From: a virus
Taxonomy: Duplodnaviria > Caudoviricetes
IMG/VR virus record: IMGVR_UViG_3300024275_000012
Location: 1-43,227 of that record
Reading direction: 5' to 3' (one strand)
Length of the DNA: 43,227 bases
This document shows positions 1 to 7,746 of this stretch, piece after piece. The position numbers were made by a program, and so were the translations under genes. The number at the start of each line of letters is the position of its first letter. Position 1 is the stretch's first letter. The notes beneath the pieces are model-generated. The model had not been told where the DNA came from, made no database searches, and saw only the letters and a list, made by a program, of their open reading frames with translations.

Positions 1-13
1 GAAAGGCACACCC

Positions 14-388
14 ATGACACCCCGCCGTATCCAACGCCGCCGCGTGAAGGGCTGGCGCAAGCCCGACAACACCGTGATCGTCAGCCGCCCCAGCCGCTTC
101 GGGAACCCGTTCACCATCGCCGGTGCCCTCGAATGGGGCGGAGCCGAGACGGCCGAGCAGGCCCGCGAGCTGTGCGTCACCGCCTTCCGCTCATGGCTCC
201 GTGGCAACCGCGACTGGTGGATGGGCCCGGAAGCCGACGCCACCCGCGACCGCATCCTCGCCGCCTTGCCCGAACTCCGCGGCCGAGACCTCGCCTGCTA
301 CTGCCCGCTGCCCGAACCGGGCCAGCCCGACCACTGCCACGCCGCCGTGCTCCTCGACCTCGCCAACCGGCCCGCGCCTGCCGTCTGA
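14..388 (+). CDS. DUF4326 domain protein
   Basis: Motifs PRRIQRRRxKGWRKP, RPSRFGNPF, LRGRDLACYC and CHAxVL; GAAAGG RBS. Confidence 0.85.
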   Translation: MTPRRIQRRRVKGWRKPDNTVIVSRPSRFGNPFTIAGALEWGGAETAEQARELCVTAFRSWLRGNRDWWMGPEADATRDRILAALPELRGRDLACYCPLPEPGQPDHCHAAVLLDLANRPAPAV

Positions 389-469
389 CCTGCGCATCCG
401 GACACAGCACACACCCGGGCACAACCCGAACCGGCAACACGACACCCAACCCCACCACCTGGAGGAACC

Positions 470-916
470 GTGACCAGCCCGCTCACCGACCAGCAGCTCG
501 ACGACATCGACCGATCCGTCGCCGCCCACTTCCACCACGACGAGAAGCCCGAAGCCCGCGCCGCCCGCTGGGAAGCCGCCGCCCTGGCCGCCGGGCGCGA
601 GGTCGACCGCAACGCCCTCGCCGTCTACCTCGCCGTCGCCGACGCCGAGCAGCGGGCACTCGCCGACAGCTGGGCCCGCGCAATGGCCGCCACCGACGCC
701 GAGATCCGCCGACTCCGCGCCGAACTCGCAACCGCGCGGCAGCACATCGCCGCCCAGGTCGTCGAGTGGAGCAGCCAGCAGATCGGCGTACACGTCCCGA
801 CCGTCGACGCAATCGCCGACATGCTCCGCGCCCAGCCCGCCGCCGAGGAGACGCACGTCGTCGCCGCCTTCGACCCGCAGGCCAGCGAGATCGCCATGCG
901 CGGCTGGACCGCGTGA
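470..916 (+). CDS. Hypothetical phage protein
   Basis: GGAGG RBS before GTG; typical LTDQQLDDI N-terminus. Confidence 0.75.
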   Translation: MTSPLTDQQLDDIDRSVAAHFHHDEKPEARAARWEAAALAAGREVDRNALAVYLAVADAEQRALADSWARAMAATDAEIRRLRAELATARQHIAAQVVEWSSQQIGVHVPTVDAIADMLRAQPAAEETHVVAAFDPQASEIAMRGWTA

Positions 917-990
917 CCCCACCCGCACACCGGCCGCCCGCGGGCTATGCGGGCGGCCGGCCCCCTCATCCTCTCGCACCAAGGAGCACC

Positions 991-1770
991 ATGACCGACC
1001 ACACCACCGACTGCCCGAACTGCGCCCACCCGCACCACCTGCCCGGTACCGAATGCCAGACGCCTGTCAACCACGGCCCGAGCAGCTGGCATATCTGTCT
1101 CTGCCTCGCCCGTCCTGGAGCTGCCCTGTCGTGCCCGCCGCAGATGACCTGCCAGGGCGGCACGCTCGGCTACTCCGACATCTGGTACCTCCAGCACGGT
1201 CACACGCTGGTCGGCGACGACGGGGAGATCAGCGCCGAGGTGTTGCGGGTCGAGCCTCGCGGCCCTCGGGTCTCCGCTGACGGCGTTGCGGAGGCGCATC
1301 GTCTTGCCCTGTCGACGGTGCTCGGCCTCGGTACCAGCGCGCCCTGGGACGCGATCCAGGAGCGGGCGGCCGAGTTGGCTGCCGGGCAGCCCGCCGTCGA
1401 CCGGACGGCGCTCACGAAGCGGACCGCCGAGGCCCGCGACCGGCTTCGCGGGATGGCGCTCAGCCTGGCGACGGGCGCAGGCCCGCTCGTCGAACCGCCC
1501 GCCTTCACCGCGGCACTCGACGAGTACGCGGACGCCATCGCCGCTGCGCTGCCCGCGCCCGCCGACCGGGCCGCCGTGCTGCGGGAAGCCGCCGACAGGT
1601 TGTGGGCGCTGGCCAACCGCACCACCGAGCGCGGCGCCGGAGTCCTGTGGGCTGCCGACTGGCTGCGTCGTCTGGCCGGCGAGGTGCAGCAGGACGAGGC
1701 GCAGGCCGACCCGTGCTCCGGCTGCCGCTACGTGCCCTGCGGCAACTGCCAGCCCGGCAAGGAGGCCTGA
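991..1770 (+). CDS. Hypothetical phage protein with Cys/His-rich termini
   Basis: AAGGAG RBS then ATG at 991 within ORF 133..1770; DRAAVLREAAD motif common in actinophage early proteins. Confidence 0.75.
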   Translation: MTDHTTDCPNCAHPHHLPGTECQTPVNHGPSSWHICLCLARPGAALSCPPQMTCQGGTLGYSDIWYLQHGHTLVGDDGEISAEVLRVEPRGPRVSADGVAEAHRLALSTVLGLGTSAPWDAIQERAAELAAGQPAVDRTALTKRTAEARDRLRGMALSLATGAGPLVEPPAFTAALDEYADAIAAALPAPADRAAVLREAADRLWALANRTTERGAGVLWAADWLRRLAGEVQQDEAQADPCSGCRYVPCGNCQPGKEA

Positions 1771-1773
1771 CCG

Positions 1774-2013
1774 ATGGCCGAGCACCCCCTGCCCGTCGGC
1801 ACCCGGGTCCGGCACTACGGCCAGCAGTGGCCCGCCGCCCGCACCGGGACAGCCACCATCCGCGAGGTGAAAGGCCCCTGGCCTGACGGCACCTACGAGT
1901 ACCGGGTGACGGCGGGCGAGGATTTTTCCCGCCGTACCGGGCCCGACAACCCGGAGACCCGGGAGACGTGGTGGTCCTCGCTCGCAACGATCCCTGCGGG
2001 AGGCCCCTCGTGA
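1774..2013 (+). CDS. Hypothetical protein, possibly SH3-like
   Basis: AAGGAGG RBS; operon spacing. Confidence 0.7.
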   Translation: MAEHPLPVGTRVRHYGQQWPAARTGTATIREVKGPWPDGTYEYRVTAGEDFSRRTGPDNPETRETWWSSLATIPAGGPS

Positions 2014-2294
2014 TCGCGGACGCGCTCGATGTGGTCGCGGTCTGGGCGGCTGTTGTCGACGGGGCGCAGCATCTGCTCGCCGGCCTCCTCGTCGCCGGTC
2101 TGGTCGCCGTGTTTTCGACGGGGCTGCTCGTCGCACTGCCCGAGAAGGGGCGCCAGGAAGCGGCAGGCGGGCGCGTGAGGCCGTTTGAGGGCGCGGATGG
2201 GGAGTTGGAGCTTCCCGTGCCTCACGACGGCTCACAGGCCCGCACAGCGCCCCGAGTTCCCTCATGGGCCCGAACCGACAAGGACGCCGCATGA
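2010..2294 (+). CDS. Small membrane protein
   Basis: GTGA overlap with the previous stop, GGAGG RBS, one hydrophobic segment. Confidence 0.6.
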   Translation: MIADALDVVAVWAAVVDGAQHLLAGLLVAGLVAVFSTGLLVALPEKGRQEAAGGRVRPFEGADGELELPVPHDGSQARTAPRVPSWARTDKDAA

Positions 2295-2370
2295 ACCAGC
2301 AGCCCGCCTGATCCGCCCCTCCGTGCCGGGCCCGCACCGGGCCCGGCACCCCCACACCCCAGGAGCAGCA

Positions 2371-2832
2371 ATGACCAACCCCACCATCACCGACCTCCGC
2401 CGCGAACTGGAGAAAGCCCGCGAAGCCCTGGTCGCAGCCGAGACCCAACTCGCCCGCCACGCCGAGATGAACGCCGCACTCCACTGCTCCGAGCGCGTCA
2501 TGTACTCCCCGCTCCACGCCAAGGTGTACGCCGCCATCGACCAGATCACCCACGCCCTCGCCCGCACCGCCACCCCGCCGACCCTCGATCACCAGAGCAG
2601 TGACGGCGTGTGGGCCGCGCTCGTTGCCGATCTCGACCGCTGCCGACACGGCCGTCACCAGGGCGAAGCCTGCGTCGGATGCGTGAGCGGCATCTCTGAG
2701 GGAAACCCCGACGCCCCGCCCGGCAGCGCCCTCGGCTACGGCATGCGCGGCGACCGAATCGTCGTACCCGACCGCGACCACAAGCACGACCCCGCCGCCT
2801 GGCGCGCCCGCACCAACGGAGGCGAGCAGTGA
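2371..2832 (+). CDS. Hypothetical phage protein
   Basis: AGGAG RBS before ATG at 2371. Confidence 0.7.
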   Translation: MTNPTITDLRRELEKAREALVAAETQLARHAEMNAALHCSERVMYSPLHAKVYAAIDQITHALARTATPPTLDHQSSDGVWAALVADLDRCRHGRHQGEACVGCVSGISEGNPDAPPGSALGYGMRGDRIVVPDRDHKHDPAAWRARTNGGEQ

Positions 2833-3032
2833 CCGGCCCGTCGTCCAACCCCCGCGGCGAACGAGCCGGCCGCCCCGGCGTCACCTGGGAGACCACCCTC
2901 GTCCGCACCGAAACCGTCACCGACGACGACACCGACAGCACGACCATCCCCGGCATGAACGACCCGCTCCCGCCCCGACCGAACCGGGCCACCCGCCGCG
3001 CCCTCGCCCGCAAAGCACGGAGGAACCGATGA
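2829..3032 (+). CDS. Hypothetical protein
   Basis: GTGA coupling; NRATRRA C-terminal motif. Confidence 0.65.
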   Translation: MTGPSSNPRGERAGRPGVTWETTLVRTETVTDDDTDSTTIPGMNDPLPPRPNRATRRALARKARRNR

Positions 3033-3487
3033 CCGAACGGAACCCAGCCCGGCCACAGCACGAGGTCTCAGCCGCGATCGAGTGCGCCATCGGCCTCAAC
3101 GTCGACTGCGGCGGCGCAGAAGGCGTCTATCGGGTACGAGACGCCGTCCTCGACGCGATCCGGCCTGAGATGGAGATGCTCGCCGCTCTCCGGCAGGTGG
3201 CCCGCGGCTACTGCCCGGCCTGCGGCCGCGGCGACGCAGCACCCACCGTCACCGACTGGGAGCAGCAGAAGCAGCGTGCCGACCAGGCCGAAGCCGCGGC
3301 CGAGCGGGTGCGCGCCCTGCACCGCCCCGCGGAATGCGCCAACGCCCGCTGCAAGGCGAAGCAGTGGTGCATCGGCTGCGACCCCGACGGCCTCAAAGAC
3401 GACTGCAGCGAATACCCCTACCCCTGCCCGACGATCCTCGCCCTCGACCACCCCGACCAGCAGGAGCAGCAGGAGCAGACAGCATGA
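3029..3487 (+). CDS. Hypothetical Cys-rich protein
   Basis: ATGA coupling; CxxC motifs; ERVRALH...YPCPT signature. Confidence 0.7.
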   Translation: MTERNPARPQHEVSAAIECAIGLNVDCGGAEGVYRVRDAVLDAIRPEMEMLAALRQVARGYCPACGRGDAAPTVTDWEQQKQRADQAEAAAERVRALHRPAECANARCKAKQWCIGCDPDGLKDDCSEYPYPCPTILALDHPDQQEQQEQTA

Positions 3488-3972
3488 GCATCTACGCCAG
3501 CATCCCCGGCCTCGGTGACTTCGACGACGACGAAGAAGTCGGAGCACCCTTCCTCTACCGCGGCTCCCACATCCTCCCCGCCAACAGCGACCCACGCGGC
3601 GGCAGCGTCGGCCTCGCCCTCATCCCCTCCCACATCACCCGCGACGGGCGTGACGACCAGCCGGAAGACGGCACGCCGTGGCCGTGGCTGCGCCTCAACC
3701 TCGACGTCCCCCACGACGACCCGTGCGTCCTGCTCAACCCCAGGCAGGCGCGGCACCTCGCCGGGCTGCTCACAGCCTGGGCCGGCCAGGTCGAACCACC
3801 CAGCCCGACAGCGACCAAAGCGACCCAGCCCGCCACCTGGACCCAGCACGCTGACGGCACCTGGACCCACCCCATCGACGGCGGCGTGATCGCAACCAGC
3901 CGCGACACCACCCCGCAGGAGCGGCAGGCGTTCGCGGCGCAGCTGGGCGTACACAGCGAGGAGCAGCCGTGA
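3484..3972 (+). CDS. Hypothetical phage protein
   Basis: ATGA coupling at 3484, AGGAG RBS. Confidence 0.7.
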   Translation: MSIYASIPGLGDFDDDEEVGAPFLYRGSHILPANSDPRGGSVGLALIPSHITRDGRDDQPEDGTPWPWLRLNLDVPHDDPCVLLNPRQARHLAGLLTAWAGQVEPPSPTATKATQPATWTQHADGTWTHPIDGGVIATSRDTTPQERQAFAAQLGVHSEEQP

Positions 3973-4301
3973 GCAGCGCCACCGTAGCCATCGTCGTCGG
4001 CGTTGCCAGCGCCCTTGTAGCCCTGGTAGGGACAGTGACCCCACCGCACTGGGCACCCCGCCGATGGCACCGCATCTACGCCCGCAGCCACGGCTACTTC
4101 TGGCTGCCCTGCCCTCTCTGCGCCCGGCACACGGGCGGCCACGAATGGCGCGACTACCGCGGGCTGAGCAGCAGCATCCCCGATCCGGCATACCCGCCCA
4201 GTTCGGGACGCAGGAGAGGCATCTGCCAGCACTGCACACGAGACGGGCGAGGCCAGCAGGACCCATTGACCTCAGAGCCAGAGGAGCAGCCCCGTGCCTG
4301 A
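3969..4301 (+). CDS. Membrane-anchored zinc-finger-like protein
   Basis: N-terminal hydrophobic helix; CPLC and CQHC motifs. Confidence 0.65.
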   Translation: MSSATVAIVVGVASALVALVGTVTPPHWAPRRWHRIYARSHGYFWLPCPLCARHTGGHEWRDYRGLSSSIPDPAYPPSSGRRRGICQHCTRDGRGQQDPLTSEPEEQPRA

Positions 4302-4371
4302 CCTGCGGGTACTCTCGCCCCGCCTGCCGCTCCGAACCCGCGCCCGACTCCAGGCAGTCCGTCACCTCGAC

Positions 4372-4527
4372 CAAGCTGGCTGCGCACTGGCCGATCGCGG
4401 TCACGCGCGGGCAGCCGAACTCTGGTGGCGCGCCTGGCGCCTCTACTGACCCCGGCCCGGCTTGACGCGCGTGCCACCATGAACCGCCGGCCGTCGCACC
4501 GCTGCTGCCGACAACCGGCCTGCTACA
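4372..4527 (+). ncRNA. Candidate structured non-coding RNA (unassigned)
   Basis: Three consecutive pairable stems, two GAAC linkers and a possible long-range pairing, followed by a terminator; no convincing ORF. Confidence 0.35.
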
Positions 4528-4530
4528 CAC

Positions 4531-4560
4531 GAGGCCCCGCCAGTGTTCTGGCGGGGCCTC
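4531..4560. terminator. Hairpin terminator between convergent units
   Basis: Perfect 13-bp stem GAGGCCCCGCCAG-TGTT-CTGGCGGGGCCTC. Confidence 0.75.
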
Positions 4561-4597
4561 AAGCACGCGAGCAGGGGCTCAGCCCCAGGTCGTGTCA

Positions 4598-4858
4598 TCA
4601 CTCACGGCTACTCCTCACGCGTCGCTCCCGATACGCCGCCTCGCCCTCGATGCGATACCGGCTGACTGTCGCCTGCGAGATACCGAGATGGTCGGCGATC
4701 TGCCGCGTGGTCAAACCCTGCGCGGCCGCGATATGGATGCGAATCTTGAAAGCTGCCTCAGCGGCCTGGGCCGCCTCGTGCGCCAGCCGGAGGTCCTCAC
4801 CGAGCATCTCGTGCACATGAGCCGGCCAGTCGACCCGCTTCCGGTTCACGGCCGCCAC
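4598..4858 (-). CDS. Small helix-turn-helix protein
   Basis: GLTTRQIADHLGISQATVSRY HTH. Confidence 0.8.
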   Translation of the reverse strand: MAAVNRKRVDWPAHVHEMLGEDLRLAHEAAQAAEAAFKIRIHIAAAQGLTTRQIADHLGISQATVSRYRIEGEAAYRERRVRSSRE

Positions 4859-5205
4859 TCCTTGCGGTAGCCGGGCCGATCGTCGTAGGGCAGCGCGAGC
4901 AGGCGCAGCGTCTTGCAGGGGAAGTCGTAGGACTGGCAGTCCATGCGCTCCCCGAGCGGGCGGCTGCGGATGTCGTGCTCGGCGATGATCCGCCGCTTGG
5001 CGTCGATCTCCCGCAGCACCCGCGCCGGATCATGCCGGATGACATGCGCCCGATCGCCGTCATTCACCACCAGCGCAACACGGTCCGACGAAGGGACGCT
5101 CACCCAGTTCGTCGGATACTCCCGCCACCCCGAGCCGCTGCAACCACGCGCGATCCGCTCGTCGACGTCCAGCTGGGCGCGCAGCCACTCCACCAGGTCA
5201 TCCAT
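4846..5205 (-). CDS. DUF6221 family protein
   Basis: DLVEWLRAQLDxDE, HDPARVLREIDAKRRI and LRLLALPYxDRPGYRxEWRP motifs. Confidence 0.85.
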   Translation of the reverse strand: MDDLVEWLRAQLDVDERIARGCSGSGWREYPTNWVSVPSSDRVALVVNDGDRAHVIRHDPARVLREIDAKRRIIAEHDIRSRPLGERMDCQSYDFPCKTLRLLALPYDDRPGYRKEWRP

Positions 5206-5503
5206 CAGCTGGCCCCTTCCCGCCCCCACGCCCTGCGTACTCGCCGGACTCGGTGTAGTTCCGGAACGCGTCCTGCACCGCGCTGGGCTTGATCTCAAGG
5301 CGCGCCGCGATCTGCCGGTACGAGAGGCCGTCCTCGTGATGCAGGCGCCGGATCAAGCGGGTGCGCTCCTGCGCCCACGCCTTGTTGCGCGTCACCTGCT
5401 CGGCCATGATCCGGCTCTTCGCCTTCACGCGCTGCTCCTCATCGGCGATCTGCTCGACCGCGTTAAGCGCGTCCGTCACGCGGCGCACCTCCTCGTCGCT
5501 CAT
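5198..5503 (-). CDS. HTH regulator divergent from the transfer module (Kor-like position)
   Basis: GLSYRQIAARLEIKPSAVQD HTH; ATG at 5503. Confidence 0.75.
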   Translation of the reverse strand: MSDEEVRRVTDALNAVEQIADEEQRVKAKSRIMAEQVTRNKAWAQERTRLIRRLHHEDGLSYRQIAARLEIKPSAVQDAFRNYTESGEYAGRGGGKGPADG

Positions 5504-5529
5504 TCCGGCCCCTTCGTCCGCCGGGCCGC

Positions 5530-5568
5530 TTGCCAAGTACTGTAGGTGGCACCTACAGTCGAGAGCAA
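5530..5568. promoter_or_regulatory. Overlapping divergent promoters sharing a palindromic operator
   Basis: ACTGTAGGTG-G-CACCTACAGT (5539-5559); plus strand TTGCCA-N18-TACAGT, minus strand TTGCTC-N18-TACAGT. Confidence 0.7.
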
Positions 5569-5593
5569 GCAGTCCGCACTGCTGATGCACAAC

Positions 5594-5628
5594 GGCCCGG
5601 ACGTGAGTTCGCACCTCACGTCCGGGCC
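5594..5628 (+). other. Leader hairpin with 14-bp stem
   Basis: GGCCCGGACGTGAG-TTCGCAC-CTCACGTCCGGGCC. Confidence 0.65.
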
Positions 5629-5661
5629 CAGCCACCACCTGATCTGACCAGGAGTGACCAC

Positions 5662-5826
5662 ATGCAGCCTAGCGACCAGCAGGCCTCACAGCACACCCCC
5701 GTCATCGAGGACGCGCACGCCACCGTGCAGCAACTCCTCGCCCGCGCCGCCCACGACTACGCCCACGGCTGGGGTCAACCCGACGCCCGCGCCACCGACG
5801 GCAAGAGCCTGGGGAGCGCCGCCTGA
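5662..5826 (+). CDS. Small hypothetical protein, first gene of the transfer operon
   Basis: AGGAG RBS, ATG at 5662, 54 aa. Confidence 0.6.
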   Translation: MQPSDQQASQHTPVIEDAHATVQQLLARAAHDYAHGWGQPDARATDGKSLGSAA

Positions 5827-5972
5827 TGGCCGAGCCCACCTTCGAGGACCAGATGTTCCTCGGGTCCGAGGCGGTCTATGCCCGCATCGTCGACCCGACC
5901 CAGCCGCCGTTCGACGTCGAAGCCGCGCTCATGGACGCGCAAGCCCAAGCCTCCGACAACGAGCAGCAATAA
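5826..5972 (+). CDS. Small acidic protein (48 aa)
   Basis: TGATG coupling; MAEPTFEDQMFLGSEAVYARIVDPTQPPFDVEAALMDAQAQASDNEQQ; below the ORF-track cutoff. Confidence 0.6.
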   Translation: MAEPTFEDQMFLGSEAVYARIVDPTQPPFDVEAALMDAQAQASDNEQQ

Positions 5973-6054
5973 CCCCACAGCCGCCGGGCCCCGCGAACAT
6001 CCCCCCGCGGGGCCCGGCCCTCTCCCCGCTCCGACCGCCACCCGGGAGCCCGCC

Positions 6055-6303
6055 ATGGCACGCCGCCCCAACCACCTGCTCCGCAACCTCCTCATCGCAA
6101 GCCTGATCATCCTCGCCGCCATGCACCGCGACGCGACCGGCCGCATCGCACAGATCGGCACCGAGCTGGTCCTCGCCATCGTCCAAGGCGTAGCAGACGG
6201 AGCAGCCGCCCACCCCGGGCCGGCCATGCTCGCCGCCAGCCTCGTCTGGATCGCCCACCAGATCCGCACCCACCGCCCGCATCCCGCCCGCGCCCACGCC
6301 TGA
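6055..6303 (+). CDS. Small membrane protein, Spd-like
   Basis: GGGAG RBS, hydrophobic segments, position upstream of the traB-like gene. Confidence 0.65.
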   Translation: MARRPNHLLRNLLIASLIILAAMHRDATGRIAQIGTELVLAIVQGVADGAAAHPGPAMLAASLVWIAHQIRTHRPHPARAHA

Positions 6304-6326
6304 ACCCCGTCCCGGAGGCAGCCGTC

Positions 6327-7688
6327 ATGCCCTCGTTCCGCCGTCCCACCCGCACCGTGACCGAGGTCGTCCACGGCGTGCCCGTCGACTACGAGATCCC
6401 CGACACCACCCCCGTCGTCCGGCTCCCCTTCAACCTCGACAGCCTGCTGCGCCGCACCCTGTTCACCGTCGCCGTCGCCATGACCATGGTCGCCATCGTG
6501 TGGGGCACCGTCGCCATCGGCGGCATGCTGCAACTCCTCGCCCCCGCCTGGGCCGCCTACCTCGTTGCCGGAGCGTTCGACGCCGGATGGGCCGCCTGCC
6601 TGATCGCCGAGTGGATCCTTCGCTACGACAGCAAGCGCGCCGAGACCCCCCGCAACGCGGGCGTCGCACTGCTCGCCGTATCGATGGCCGCGATCACCAC
6701 CCACGGTGCGCTCTCCGGACCGTGGGGCTGGATCGTCGGCATCGTCGGCGCCCTCGTCTCCGCCGCCGCGAAGGGCGTGTGGGCGATCGGCATGTACACC
6801 ATCCGCATCAAGCTCGAACCGAAGTACGAGGCGTACCTGCGCACGTTGCAGCAGCAGGCCGGCACCGAGCAGGCCCTCGCCCTCGGCGAGCGCGACAGGC
6901 TGCTGACCCAGGACGGCACGGTAAAGCTGCGTCTCGCGCTGGAGGCCCGGCGTGGACCGGCCGAACCGGTCGTGATCGAGCAGGCCGCACCCGAGCCTGA
7001 GGCAGCGCAGCCGGCCCCCGTCACAGCCGAGCCGGACGCCCCTGCGCGTAGCCCACTGCCGAACGACCCCACCGGCCCGGTCGGCGAGGAGATCGAGGAC
7101 ATCGCCGAGCTGCTCACCGCGGCCCACGCGCCCGTCGTCTATTTCCTCCGCAACGGCAGCCGCGTCAAGATCGGCACCACCCGCAACCTCCGCCGCCGCA
7201 TCGCCGGCCTCGCGCTGCGCCCCGATGACGCCGTCCGTGTCGAGCACGGCGGCCAGGACTACGAGCACTCCCTCCACGCCCGCTTCAACGCCCACCGCGT
7301 CGGCAACACCGAGTGGTTCGAACTCCGCGACGACCTCGCCGCGTACCTCGGCATGCCCGAGGCTCAGCCACTTGAGCTGACGGCTCAGTTCATCGAGCCC
7401 ACGGCTCACCTCGCTGAGCCTCTGCCTGTGACTGGAGGGCTCAGCCCGGTGTCGGTGCAGGCCAGCGTGTCTGAGCCCCAGGCTCAGGCCGTTGCGCCCG
7501 AGGCTCAGGCGTTCGGCTTCTCCGCGCACCTCACGGGCCAGTCGGCTCAGCGCGTCAAGGCGCTGGCTCAGGTCGCTGAGCTCCTGGCTCAGGACCGCGG
7601 CATCACCTCGGAGCAGGTGAAGGAGGAACTCGGAGTCAGCCTGGCCACAGCGAAGCGATACCTCCGCGAAGTCCGCCAGTCCAAGTAA
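6327..7688 (+). CDS. SpdB-like multi-pass membrane protein with an internal GIY-YIG (T5orf172-like) domain and C-terminal HTH
   Basis: About 4 TM helices; coiled coil; VVYFLRNGSRVKIGTTRNLRRRI...EHSLHARF...EWFEL; terminal ITSEQVKEELGVSLATAKRYLREV. Confidence 0.7.
   Translation: MPSFRRPTRTVTEVVHGVPVDYEIPDTTPVVRLPFNLDSLLRRTLFTVAVAMTMVAIVWGTVAIGGMLQLLAPAWAAYLVAGAFDAGWAACLIAEWILRYDSKRAETPRNAGVALLAVSMAAITTHGALSGPWGWIVGIVGALVSAAAKGVWAIGMYTIRIKLEPKYEAYLRTLQQQAGTEQALALGERDRLLTQDGTVKLRLALEARRGPAEPVVIEQAAPEPEAAQPAPVTAEPDAPARSPLPNDPTGPVGEEIEDIAELLTAAHAPVVYFLRNGSRVKIGTTRNLRRRIAGLALRPDDAVRVEHGGQDYEHSLHARFNAHRVGNTEWFELRDDLAAYLGMPEAQPLELTAQFIEPTAHLAEPLPVTGGLSPVSVQASVSEPQAQAVAPEAQAFGFSAHLTGQSAQRVKALAQVAELLAQDRGITSEQVKEELGVSLATAKRYLREVRQSK
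7352..7591. repeat. Intragenic array of GGCTCA/TGAGCC half-sites with 21-bp periodicity
   Basis: GGCTCA at 7361, 7382, 7403, 7438, 7481, 7502, 7544, 7565, 7586; TGAGCY or CGAGCC at 7373, 7394, 7415, 7472, 7577. Confidence 0.8.
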
Positions 7689-7746
7689 GCCGCCCGCCCT
7701 GGCCCCCGCCCACCAGCGGGGGCCGCGCCGTCTACGGAGCCAGCCC

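Noticed and set aside
625-2787. Long minus-strand ORFs such as 625..2787, 5775..7817, 7732..9507, 10603..12522, 12108..13703 and 23360..25231
   Set aside because: Antisense shadows of real plus-strand genes in high-GC DNA; no RBS, no motifs, Arg/Gly-rich composition
5594-5628. tRNA suggested by the GTTCG loop
   Set aside because: Single hairpin; no cloverleaf, D arm or acceptor stem
7352-7591. CRISPR-like reading of the periodic repeats
   Set aside because: Units are only 6 bp, lie inside a CDS, have no 25-40 bp repeat-spacer structure, and no cas genes are present
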